Source: Candidatus Xenobia bacterium (GTDB taxonomy: Bacteria > Vulcanimicrobiota > Xenobia > Xenobiales > QWHO01). Taken from it: a stretch of 64,000 bases of DNA. Location of the stretch: NCBI GenBank assembly GCA_045863235.1, contig BTUM01000014.1, forward strand, positions 32,001 to 96,000, in the 5' to 3' direction. Numbering within the stretch: the first letter of the stretch is position 1; each line of letters starts with the position of its first letter. Below, in pieces: positions 19,383 to 30,442 of this stretch. The notes beneath the pieces are model-generated. The model did not search any database. It was not told the origin of the DNA and saw only the letters and a program-made list of their open reading frames with translations. The translations under genes were made by a program, and so were the position numbers.

Positions 19383-19955
19383 ATGCGTCACTATCGCTTT
19401 CGTATCGACCTTCGCGTCCTCAAGCGCGGCGGACCTGCCGGCCCCCCCCGAGAGCGGGTCGACTTCTCGCCCGAGGAGGAGCCCGAGGAAGAAAGGCTCT
19501 TCCCGCTCGAGGAAACCGGCGATCCTCAGGTGCGCGCTTACAATGCCAGCCTGAGCTGGGCTTGCAGCCATTTGCCGGGCCGTTTCGTCACCGGGACCCT
19601 CGAATTTAACGTCTTCAAGGGTCCCGAGCAAACCTTCCACGTCATCACGCGACCGCGCAATAGTAAGAGCGAGCGCGTCTCGGAGGTGGTCGTCTTCCCG
19701 GACGGACAACTCTTGAGCCGGAGCCTGAGCCTCCAGGAAGGCGAGCCACAAGATCTGGAGGAGCTCTTCAAGGAAGGGCTGGAGTGGCTCGATCAGGACG
19801 ACCAGGCCCTGGCTGACCTGCCCGGCTACGAACTCCAGGCCACCTGGTATCAGCGAGAGGGCAGCCACCTTGTGGGCGTGGAACGCTGGCAACGCTACTG
19901 GGACCTGGAAACAGACAGCCTGGTCCATCACCAGGCCGGCGGCGCCCGCGCCTGA
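19383..19955 (+). CDS. Hypothetical acidic protein
   Basis: MRHYRFRIDL start; divergent from the NUDIX gene and abuts the convergent ORF. Confidence 0.6.
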   Translation: MRHYRFRIDLRVLKRGGPAGPPRERVDFSPEEEPEEERLFPLEETGDPQVRAYNASLSWACSHLPGRFVTGTLEFNVFKGPEQTFHVITRPRNSKSERVSEVVVFPDGQLLSRSLSLQEGEPQDLEELFKEGLEWLDQDDQALADLPGYELQATWYQREGSHLVGVERWQRYWDLETDSLVHHQAGGARA

Positions 19956-20393
19956 TCACTCGCCCGGCCCGTCGCTCGTAGGCGCTTCCCGGCGAACCTC
20001 CAGGCCAGCCCGATGCACCTCTCGCCCATCCACCTCGAAAGCCAGGGCGTAGAGCCCGAAGCGCGGAAAGACCACCTCTTCCAGGCCGATGATCAGTCGC
20101 ACGGTCGGCTCACCCGCATAGTTGACCTGGTTGAAACTGAGCGAGCCCTGCATCTCGTATTCGGCCTGGCCATCCGCATTCATCATCCGCAGTCTGAAAG
20201 GCCGCTCCAGCGGCGTTCCTGGCTCGGCGCGCAGCTGCAGCACGTAAAACATGCCATCCAGGCTGCAGGGTACCCCGGGAACGTTGAGCCGATCAAAACC
20301 GATTCCGCGAGCGTAGAGTTTGCCAGCGTCCTGCTGGGCAAAGTGGCACAGGAAGCCAAAATCCATCATGGGCATGGGGGCGCCTTCGGTCAC
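19956..20393 (-). CDS. Hypothetical small beta-sandwich-like protein
   Basis: Coupled to the radA stop; FLCHFAQ..GKLY..GIGFD...FPRFGLY pattern. Confidence 0.65.
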   Translation of the reverse strand: MTEGAPMPMMDFGFLCHFAQQDAGKLYARGIGFDRLNVPGVPCSLDGMFYVLQLRAEPGTPLERPFRLRMMNADGQAEYEMQGSLSFNQVNYAGEPTVRLIIGLEEVVFPRFGLYALAFEVDGREVHRAGLEVRREAPTSDGPGE

Positions 20394-21844
20394 CCGGCTG
20401 GAATTCTCCTCCCCGGTCGAGGACCCGAAGGGGCGCCACCCGAAGGCCCGGGACTGGCCTCCAGGCCGGCGACCTGAAGTGCCTCCACCAGCCAGGAGAT
20501 GCCGACCAGCTGCAAGGGTCGATAGTCTCCGGGCTCCAGGCCCTCCAGGTTGCGAGCCGGCACCAGACAGCGCCTGAAACCCATCTTGGCCAGCTCCTTG
20601 AGCCGGGTCTCGAGTTGAGTGACCGCCCGCACCTCGCCCCCGAGCCCGAGTTCGCCCACGGCGGCAAGTTCCGCGTCGAGGCTTACGTTCTGCCGGCTGG
20701 AGACGACAGCCAGGGCCAGGGGCAGGTCCAGGGCGGGCTCGAGCAGGCGCAGCCCGCCGGCCACGTTCACGTAGACGTCCGAGCGGGCCAGGTTCAGGTT
20801 GCTGGCGCGTTTATGGACCACGGCCAGCAACAGGCTGACCCGATTGGGATCGACCCCGACCGACCGCCGCGTGGGCGGCACCCCGTTGTCGCTGACGGGG
20901 TTCGTGCTGACAAGCGCCTGGATCTCCACCAGCAAGGGGCGAGTGCCTTCCAGGGAGGGAAACACGATCGAGCCCGGACCGCCCCCGGCGCGCTGGGACA
21001 GAAAGAAGGCCGAGGCATCGGGAATTGACTCCAGCCCCCGGGCGCCCATCCGAAACAACCCGATCTCCTGGGTGCTTCCGAAACGGTTCTTGACCGAGCG
21101 CAGAGCCCGCACGTTGTGCATTCCGTCGCCCTCAAAATACAAAACCGTGTCCACCAGGTGCTCGAGCACGCGCGGGCCGGCCAGCTCGCCCCCCTTGGTC
21201 ACGTGACCCACCAGCAGGACCGGAATGTTCTCGGCCTTGGCCAGACGCATCAGGCTTGCCGCACACTCGCGTACCTGAGTGACGCTCCCGGGAGCCGGCG
21301 CAAGATCGGAGCGGAACAGCGTTTGAATGCTATCGATGAAGACCAGGCCAGGCCGGGTAGAGCGAATGTGTCCTTCGATGGCTTCCAGTCGGGTCTCGGA
21401 GACCATGAGGATGCCAGGAGCCAGCGCGTTCAAACGCTCGGCCCGCATGCGAATCTGGCGGGCCGACTCCTCGCCGCTCACATACAAGATCGGCGCCCTG
21501 GTCTGAGCCAACTGGCGGGCAATCTGCAGCAAGAGTGTAGACTTTCCGATGCCGGGGGGGCCGCCAAGCAGCACCAGGGAGCCCGGCACCACTCCGCCCC
21601 CCAGGACCCGGTCGAGCTCTTCCACGCCGGTGTTGAAGCGCGGCTCGTCATCGAGGGCGACCTGATCGAGGGCCACCGGGGCCTGACCCGGATCGAGCGA
21701 GAGGGCGGCACCTAGAGAGGCGCGCTGGACAGCCTCTTCCTGGAAGGTATTCCACTGGCCACAGTCAGGGCAGCGCCCCTGCCACTTGGCCGACTGGCCT
21801 CCACATTCCTGACAGACGTAGTGGGTCTTGCCGCGAGCCTTCAC
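20390..21844 (-). CDS. radA: DNA repair protein RadA/Sms
   Basis: CQECG...CPDC zinc finger, GPPGIGKST, KNRFG, Lon-like C-terminus; GTG start after GGGAGG. Confidence 0.96.
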   Translation of the reverse strand: MKARGKTHYVCQECGGQSAKWQGRCPDCGQWNTFQEEAVQRASLGAALSLDPGQAPVALDQVALDDEPRFNTGVEELDRVLGGGVVPGSLVLLGGPPGIGKSTLLLQIARQLAQTRAPILYVSGEESARQIRMRAERLNALAPGILMVSETRLEAIEGHIRSTRPGLVFIDSIQTLFRSDLAPAPGSVTQVRECAASLMRLAKAENIPVLLVGHVTKGGELAGPRVLEHLVDTVLYFEGDGMHNVRALRSVKNRFGSTQEIGLFRMGARGLESIPDASAFFLSQRAGGGPGSIVFPSLEGTRPLLVEIQALVSTNPVSDNGVPPTRRSVGVDPNRVSLLLAVVHKRASNLNLARSDVYVNVAGGLRLLEPALDLPLALAVVSSRQNVSLDAELAAVGELGLGGEVRAVTQLETRLKELAKMGFRRCLVPARNLEGLEPGDYRPLQLVGISWLVEALQVAGLEASPGPSGGAPSGPRPGRRIPAG

Positions 21845-21856
21845 AAGGACCTCCCG

Positions 21857-22610
21857 AAAAAAAAAGAGCAAGACCCCGGGAACTCTTCCTGGTCACCCTG
21901 GCTCGCCCCGTAGGGCGGCTGACATCGCTGACACTCTGACCGTAGCGCTTGGCGGCGAGTGGGACCGTTTCCGGTCCAGTGATACCCTCTGCTGGCCAGT
22001 CATTTCTGGCGGACCTTCTCAGGTCTGGCCTGGGAGAACTCCCCGGCCCGGTGCTTGCTTCCGTGGAAGCAGCCTTGAGGTCGACACGAGTTGCCTTTTG
22101 AGCAATTCGTTCCGGGCAACCCCCGTGGGGGTTGGATACCGCCCCGAGGGGCGGTTCGCGCCATCTCGACTCGCAGGCCGGAGCCTGTTGTTCGAGTCGT
22201 GCTCGGAAGCACTTGGCTTCCAGAGCAAGAACGTGAATCGCAAGGTTCAACGTTCATTCGGGCGGGCGATGCGAGGCTCCTGAGCCTCTGCCATCCGGTC
22301 TTGCCGGGCCACTTCGGTTTCTTGCACTGGCAGTTCGCCGTCGCGATGGACCTCAGGGGGTCTCTCTGCAGGGCGGTTGAAGTAGCTTCGCCGCTCGGAT
22401 TCCGTCAGGGCGTACCCCGTCGGATGATGGCGCCCTCGTTACGGACACACCTTTCGGTGCGGTCGCCTTCTTCGTCCGGAGGCGGTTCGCGCCACCGGAA
22501 GCGTCCTCAGTTCTCTGCAGAGGTCGCAGAGGCTTTACTGGAGACGAGAGGGTTCGATTCAGCTTTGATGTCTTCGGGTGCCTGGTTCCTCCGTTCGCTC
22601 GGGGTCTTGC
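21857..22610 (-). ncRNA. Candidate large structured non-coding RNA (~750 nt), family unassigned
   Basis: 11-bp terminal helix (22600-22610/21868-21878), four more nested long-range helices, many local hairpins including GAAA/GAGA/UACG loops, promoter directly upstream, U9 tail, no credible ORF. Confidence 0.72.
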
Positions 22611-22616
22611 AGGCGG

Positions 22617-22645
22617 AATATACCATCCGGGGGTGGTTCACACAA
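22617..22645 (-). promoter_or_regulatory. Sigma70-type promoter for the candidate ncRNA/radA leader
   Basis: TTGTGT (22645-22640), 17-bp spacer, extended TGn-TATATT (22622-22617); predicted +1 near 22610. Confidence 0.65.
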
Positions 22646-22759
22646 GCCAACAAGTGTTCGATTTTTAGAGTCTCATTCAAGTGGCGCCAGAGCGCCATTC
22701 AATCGAATGAAGACCCGAGAACCCCGTCAGGATGCCGATCTGTCAACGAACACAGGAAC

Positions 22760-22822
22760 GCTAAAGTGCAAGACCAAGGCCTTGCACTTACAACGCGCCA
22801 GATGGGGCTAATGTGCAAGACC
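22760..22822. repeat. Palindromic REP-like element (family 1)
   Basis: GCTAAAGTGCAAGACCAAGGCCTTGCACTTACAACGCG...GCTAATGTGCAA matches 16223-16298. Confidence 0.75.
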
Positions 22823-22825
22823 AGA

Positions 22826-24205
22826 TCAGTTCCTCTCGGCCTCCTGAGTGCGCCAGTAGTTCTGGCCGGCTTCGCCCAGGGTGTAGACCGGGTCAAAATA
22901 CTCATAGCGCCGGTTGACCGCCTCGGGATCATCTCCCTCGATGCTGGTCCGGTAGTTCTTGGTCCAATACGAGATGCCACGCTCGCGATCATAGTCGGCG
23001 ATCTGATGCACCCAGCGCTTGCCCACGTAGGGGACGTCGCAGATGATGCGGGGAGTGGCGTAGCCGGGCAGATAGCCCATGATGTCGTGCTGCAAGCGTT
23101 GGGCCTCGTGCACCGCCAGTCGCCAGTGCTCTGAATTGGGAATCATGTCGCACATGTAGAAGTAGTAGGGCATGATATTGGCCCGGTCGAGCAAGGTGAA
23201 GCAGAGATCGAGCAAATCTTTGGAGGTCCCGTTGACCCCCCGCAGCAAGACGCCCTGATTGCGCACGTCACGGAAACCGGCTTCGTCGAGCAGATGCCGA
23301 GCCGCTCGAGCGACCAGCGGGGTCAGTTGCTGGACGTGATTCACGTGAGTGTGCAGGGCCAGGTCCACGTCGTGCTGACGGGCCTTCAAGCCCAGCCGCT
23401 CCATGGCATAGCGCACCTCGTCTTGCAGAAAGTGTTGAGGCAGGCCCATCAGGCCCTTGGAAGCCAGGCGGATGTCCCGGATGTGGGGGATCTCGATCAG
23501 GGCCGACACGAACGACTCGAGCGAGCTGATGGGCAGGTTGGCCACGTCTCCCCCCGACACGACCACGTCGCGAATGGTGGTGGTGCGGCGCAAGTAGTCC
23601 AGAATCTGCTGGTGACGCTCGGTCTGCTTGACCAGGAAGCGGTGCTTTTTGACCTGGGGAACGTCCCGCCCGACCAGGTCCATCCGGGTACAGTGACCGC
23701 AGTATTGGGGACAGGTCGAGAGCAATTCGGCCAGGACCTTTGTGGGGTAACGGTGGGTCAGGCCCTCGACCACCCACATCTCGGACTCGTGAAGGCTGTC
23801 ACGACTGGCCCGGGGGTGGTTGGGCCAGTCCGGGTTGCGGTCCTGGATGGCAGGCAACATGTAACGGCGCACCGGGTCGTTCTCGAGGTCGTCCAGGTTC
23901 ATGGTGTTCAGCATCTGGGGGGGGACCAGCATGGACATGGTGGCGCGCTCTTCCAGGTCACGGGCCATCCCTTCGGCCAGGCTGTCGCTGAGGTGCGAGC
24001 CCAGGGTCTCCTTCAGCTCAGCCAGGTTCTTGACCGTGTGCTTGCGCTGCCAGGTGGCGTCCTCCCATTCCTTCTCGGTCACACGAGCATAGCCGGGAAT
24101 GCGCCGCCAGTCGGGCTCGACGAACTCGCGCTGGGGAGGATAGGCGTATGGTTGCTCGGAGGCCTCAATGCTCCGCGCTTTGGGTTCATTGGAGATGATT
24201 GTCAT
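22826..24205 (-). CDS. kamA: KamA-family radical SAM protein (lysine 2,3-aminomutase-like)
   Basis: GLTHRYPTK, CPQYCGHCTR, VVVSGGD, NQGVLLRGVN, PYYFY and VGKRWV motifs. Confidence 0.88.
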   Translation of the reverse strand: MTIISNEPKARSIEASEQPYAYPPQREFVEPDWRRIPGYARVTEKEWEDATWQRKHTVKNLAELKETLGSHLSDSLAEGMARDLEERATMSMLVPPQMLNTMNLDDLENDPVRRYMLPAIQDRNPDWPNHPRASRDSLHESEMWVVEGLTHRYPTKVLAELLSTCPQYCGHCTRMDLVGRDVPQVKKHRFLVKQTERHQQILDYLRRTTTIRDVVVSGGDVANLPISSLESFVSALIEIPHIRDIRLASKGLMGLPQHFLQDEVRYAMERLGLKARQHDVDLALHTHVNHVQQLTPLVARAARHLLDEAGFRDVRNQGVLLRGVNGTSKDLLDLCFTLLDRANIMPYYFYMCDMIPNSEHWRLAVHEAQRLQHDIMGYLPGYATPRIICDVPYVGKRWVHQIADYDRERGISYWTKNYRTSIEGDDPEAVNRRYEYFDPVYTLGEAGQNYWRTQEAERN

Positions 24206-24265
24206 GACGCCGTTTCCTTTCCATGGGCACTGCCGGGCTCAGTGTAGCCGGCCGAGACGGGTTTT

Positions 24266-24562
24266 TCAAGCGGTGCGACGGATGAGGTGGTAGCCGAACT
24301 TGGTCTGCACGGGCTCAGAGAGCTCTCCCACCGACAACTGGAAGGCGACCTTGTCAAAAGCCGGTACCATGGCTCCGCGATGAAACTCTCCGAGGTCGCC
24401 GCCGCTCTGCTTGCCGCTCGGGCACTGGGAGTGCTCTCGCGCCAGGGCAGCAAAATCTGCCCCGGCCTGAATCTGCTCTCGCAGCCTGGCAGCGGTCGCC
24501 TGATCGCTCACCAGGATATGTGAGCAACGGCACTTCTCTTTGGGCTTGAAGAGGCTCCCCAT
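24266..24562 (-). CDS. ppiC: Parvulin-type peptidyl-prolyl isomerase
   Basis: [31 protein letters not shown] and TKFGYHLI motifs. Confidence 0.9.
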   Translation of the reverse strand: MGSLFKPKEKCRCSHILVSDQATAARLREQIQAGADFAALAREHSQCPSGKQSGGDLGEFHRGAMVPAFDKVAFQLSVGELSEPVQTKFGYHLIRRTA

Positions 24563-24765
24563 CGCTCGACATTTGGGCAAACGCGCACGGAACTCCTCTG
24601 CGCAAGCTCCATGCGAGGAATAATCAGGGTTCCCTCTCACCCCTGGCCGCTGTCGAGTTGTCAATAGGTTGGAAATATCTTCCCCGGCCGAGTGGCATAC
24701 ACTGCCCCCGATGACCCGCCAAACATACGGGACGCGCTTCAAACAACAGGGAGGATCTAGATAAC

Positions 24766-25602
24766 ATGCTCAGCACCATCGCCCCCAGCTTTAACAGCCC
24801 GGTGTCCGCCACCAGCCTGCGGCCCAAGAACGAGGAGCCGCCGGCTCCCCCCACCCCGCCCGCTCCCCCGCCGGACCAGGTCGACTTCAGCGTGATCGAC
24901 ACGGCCGCCAAGGCTGCCGCCCTTCCGGCCATGGACCCGGCCGTTCAGCTCGGCCTGGCTGCCGGCATCGCCGCCGTCATCATGGCCGGCATGGGTGGCG
25001 GTTCGATTCCGCTGATCACCCTGGACGTGGCCACCAAGACCGCTGGCCAGGACGGCAACCTCAGCTTCGGCCTCGACATGCAGAACGAGCAGAGCCCGGT
25101 TACGGTTTCCGGTGACTTCGCCGGCCAGGCCGTCAACGGCGGCCTCGTGGTCAACGAAGAGACTCAGGAGATCGGCTGGGCCGGCACCATCGGCGGCAAC
25201 GAGGAGCGCATCAGCTTCCTCGGCGTCAACGAAGAGACCATGACCGCCCAGGTGGGCGTGCAGTTCGGCAGCGTAGCCGGCACCCTGAACCTCAAGCCCA
25301 TCATGGACGAGAGCGGCGAGACCCCCCTGGGTTACAACGTTTCCGGCGACCTGGGCGGCGAGGCCTACGACGTCACCACCACCTGGAAGCTGCCGGAAGG
25401 CCTCCAGAACGGCGACGAGCCCCCGCAGAAGCTGGAGGCCACCATCTCTTCCACCGGCAGCCTCGGCGGCCAGGCCATCCAGAAGGACTACAAGGTTGAG
25501 GCTCAGATGACCGGCGGCGGCCTGATGGTCAACGTGACCGGCGGCGGCAACGTGGCCGGCATCGCCCAGGAAGTCAACGGCACTCTGGCTATCGTTCCCT
25601 GA
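24766..25602 (+). CDS. Hypothetical Gly-rich beta-strand protein
   Basis: GGGAGG SD, strong codon bias, terminator downstream. Confidence 0.75.
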   Translation: MLSTIAPSFNSPVSATSLRPKNEEPPAPPTPPAPPPDQVDFSVIDTAAKAAALPAMDPAVQLGLAAGIAAVIMAGMGGGSIPLITLDVATKTAGQDGNLSFGLDMQNEQSPVTVSGDFAGQAVNGGLVVNEETQEIGWAGTIGGNEERISFLGVNEETMTAQVGVQFGSVAGTLNLKPIMDESGETPLGYNVSGDLGGEAYDVTTTWKLPEGLQNGDEPPQKLEATISSTGSLGGQAIQKDYKVEAQMTGGGLMVNVTGGGNVAGIAQEVNGTLAIVP

Positions 25603-25693
25603 TAGAGCGAAAGCGCAGAAGTCGGGCCCTTCCGTGCCCGACTCCTGCCGACGATATGCGCGCACCGTAACGCGCGCGATCTGCGCCCAATCC

Positions 25694-25718
25694 AAGAGCC
25701 CCTCACGGGGCTCTTTTT
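25694..25718 (+). terminator. Intrinsic terminator
   Basis: AAGAGCCCC-TCAC-GGGGCTCTT hairpin running into a T tract. Confidence 0.75.
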
Positions 25719-25807
25719 CTATCTCCCCAAGGGAAGGTCGTAAGCGGCTCGAAACGGCCCGAAAATGCGCGCGAGCGCGATCGGTCCGAGGCGAGGAAGG
25801 AATCGAA

Positions 25808-27031
25808 GTGCTTTTGCTGGCTGCCACCCAGGGCGATGGGTCCTTGCACAGCCCCGTCGTGGTCATCGTCCTGGCCTCCGTGCTGGCTCCGCTCCTGGTC
25901 GAGTGGCTCAAGTGGCTGCGCATCCCTCTGGTCGTTTTCGAGCTCCTGCTCGGAATCGCCATCGGCCCTCACGCGCTGAACCTCGTCCAGCCCAGCGGCG
26001 TGCTCGACTTTCTGAGCAAGATCGGGCTCTGCTTCCTCTTCTTCATGGCCGGCCTCGAGCTCGATCTCTTCAAACTCAAGGGACCACCCCTCAGGCTGGC
26101 GGCCCGAGCCTGGGTCGCGTCCTTGACCCTGGCCCTGGCCGCCAGCGCGCTTCTGGCCTGGGCAGGCCTGGTCAAGAGCCCGCTCATGATCTCGGTCGCA
26201 CTGTGCAGCACCGCTCTGGGAACCCTGATGCCGGTCCTGCGCGAGCGCGGCGAGCTCAAGTCTCGCTTCGGAAGCTTTCTGCTCGCGGCTGGGGGGCTGG
26301 GCGAATTCGGGCCCGTCTTGCTGATCTCGGTGCTTTTCTCTGGCTCCGCCAACGGCTGGGTGGAAGGATTGGTCTTCCTGGGTTACTCGGCAACCATCGC
26401 CGGGGCCGGTTGGCTGGCCCTCCAACTACGGCCGCCCGCTCTGGTCGCTCTCCTCGGCCGAACCCTGGACACAAGCTCGCAGCTTCCTATCCGGGTCTGC
26501 CTCCTGCTGATCGTGGTACTGGCTTATGCGGCCCACAAGTTCGGCCTGGATCTCATTCTGGGCGCATTCGGAGCCGGCCTGATGGTAGGTCTGGCAACCC
26601 GCGACACCGCGACCAGCGGCACCCTGCGCCAGAAGCTGGATAGCCTGAGCTTCGGGCTCTTCGTTCCCACTTTCTTCATCTACAGCGGAGCCAATTTCGA
26701 CCTGGGAATGCTCAGCCAGCCTCAGACCCAGGCCCAGGTCCTCCTCTTCCTCGCTCTGTTCTTGCTGGTGCGAGGGCTACCCACTCTTCTCTACCGGGAC
26801 GAGTTGACCGCGCGAGAGCGCTGGGGACTGGCCTTCTACTCGGCCACCTGCCTGCCGATCGTGCTGGCGATCGCTCAGATCGGCGCGTCCTCCGGCCGAA
26901 TGCTTCACCAGAACGCGGTCGCCCTGGTGGGAGCCGCCGTCCTCAGCGTGCTGATCTTTCCCATCCTGGCCGATCGCATCAAAGGAGCCGGCCCGGCAGC
27001 CTCCTCGTTGCCGTCACATCGCTCCTCTTAG
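25808..27031 (+). CDS. Cation:proton antiporter (CPA2 family)
   Basis: About 12 TMs; FLFFMAGLELD, STALG, LGAFGAG and FVPTFFI motifs. Confidence 0.85.
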   Translation: MLLLAATQGDGSLHSPVVVIVLASVLAPLLVEWLKWLRIPLVVFELLLGIAIGPHALNLVQPSGVLDFLSKIGLCFLFFMAGLELDLFKLKGPPLRLAARAWVASLTLALAASALLAWAGLVKSPLMISVALCSTALGTLMPVLRERGELKSRFGSFLLAAGGLGEFGPVLLISVLFSGSANGWVEGLVFLGYSATIAGAGWLALQLRPPALVALLGRTLDTSSQLPIRVCLLLIVVLAYAAHKFGLDLILGAFGAGLMVGLATRDTATSGTLRQKLDSLSFGLFVPTFFIYSGANFDLGMLSQPQTQAQVLLFLALFLLVRGLPTLLYRDELTARERWGLAFYSATCLPIVLAIAQIGASSGRMLHQNAVALVGAAVLSVLIFPILADRIKGAGPAASSLPSHRSS

Positions 27032-27054
27032 ACCGCGGACCGAGCGTGAGGTGC

Positions 27055-27125
27055 TTGCCTATCCTTCGGGGACGCCTCCACACAAGTCTGTCGGCGCAAG
27101 TTCCCAGCAAGCACGCACTTTACAA
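27055..27125. repeat. Dispersed intergenic repeat, family 2 copy with an adjacent family 1 half-site
   Basis: 27055-27091 is 34/37 identical to 52004-52040; GCACTTTACAA at 27115-27125. Confidence 0.75.
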
Positions 27126-27168
27126 GCCGGCAACCTCGGCGAGCCCGGTGGTATGGCATTCTCAGTGT

Positions 27169-27777
27169 ATGGTCATCTCCGAAGCAGCAGTCCAATGGCA
27201 GCCCCGTCAGCCTTCCAGGCCGTGCACAGCCAGCAGCGGCTGGGGAGTGGACCGGGTCGAGCTTTCAGGCTGGCAGGGTTGGGCACCAGACCCGGATCGG
27301 CAACGCCAGATCGAGGTGGTGAAAGCCGAGATCGAACGCCTGAGGGCCAGCATCGGCAACCTGGACGCCAAGAAGCGAGATGTCGATCAGCGGCTCTATT
27401 CGCTGGCCAACGAGATCTACGGCCTGAGAAACGGGATGGACCAGATCAACTACGAGATCGAGAGCCTTCGTTACACCATCCAGACCATCCAGGACCGGAA
27501 GGAGACCGTGCGCTGGCAGCTGGAGAGCGCCCGAGACCCTCAAGAGAAGGCTGCCCTGCGGTATCAGCTCGACCAGCTCAACGAGGAAATCCAAAACAAT
27601 CGCTACCGACTCGACGATCTTCGCTACAAGAAGAGCGACCTCGAGTCTCGGATCCGCGACCGGCACTCCCAGAGGGACTCACTCTTGCGCGAGCAGCAGT
27701 ACTATGAGGACCAACTCCAGCGCGAGCGCTACCAACTGGTGAGCCAGCAAGAGTTGTTACGACAGCTGCAGCGCTGA
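27169..27777 (+). CDS. Long coiled-coil hypothetical protein
   Basis: About 150 aa of heptads after an N-terminal low-complexity segment containing DRVELS. Confidence 0.7.
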   Translation: MVISEAAVQWQPRQPSRPCTASSGWGVDRVELSGWQGWAPDPDRQRQIEVVKAEIERLRASIGNLDAKKRDVDQRLYSLANEIYGLRNGMDQINYEIESLRYTIQTIQDRKETVRWQLESARDPQEKAALRYQLDQLNEEIQNNRYRLDDLRYKKSDLESRIRDRHSQRDSLLREQQYYEDQLQRERYQLVSQQELLRQLQR

Positions 27778-27813
27778 CCCCCCTGACCCTGCGAAGAAGG
27801 GTCTGCAATAGGC

Positions 27814-27843
27814 AAAGAGGACCGCCCGATGGGCGGCCCTCTT
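27814..27843. terminator. Hairpin between convergent genes (probable clpC terminator)
   Basis: AAGAGGACCGCCC-GAT-GGGCGGCCCTCTT. Confidence 0.6.
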
Positions 27844-27850
27844 CAGCTTC

Positions 27851-30364
<2,514 letters not shown>

Positions 30365-30442
30365 AGATTCTCCTCCTTAGTGTCCTGTCAGACAGGCCCC
30401 GAGGGAAACACTTCGCAATCTTCGCCCGAATCCTTCTCGAAG

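Noticed and set aside
22055..22075. GGAAGCAGCC resembling SRP RNA helix 8
   Set aside because: The upstream CAGG..CCGGAA half is missing; it is one arm of a simple hairpin.
22091..23134. 347-aa plus-strand ORF and other short ORFs across the candidate RNA
   Set aside because: No motif or SD, atypical composition, and antisense overlap with kamA. A minus-strand open stretch near 22250-22430 has no suitable start.
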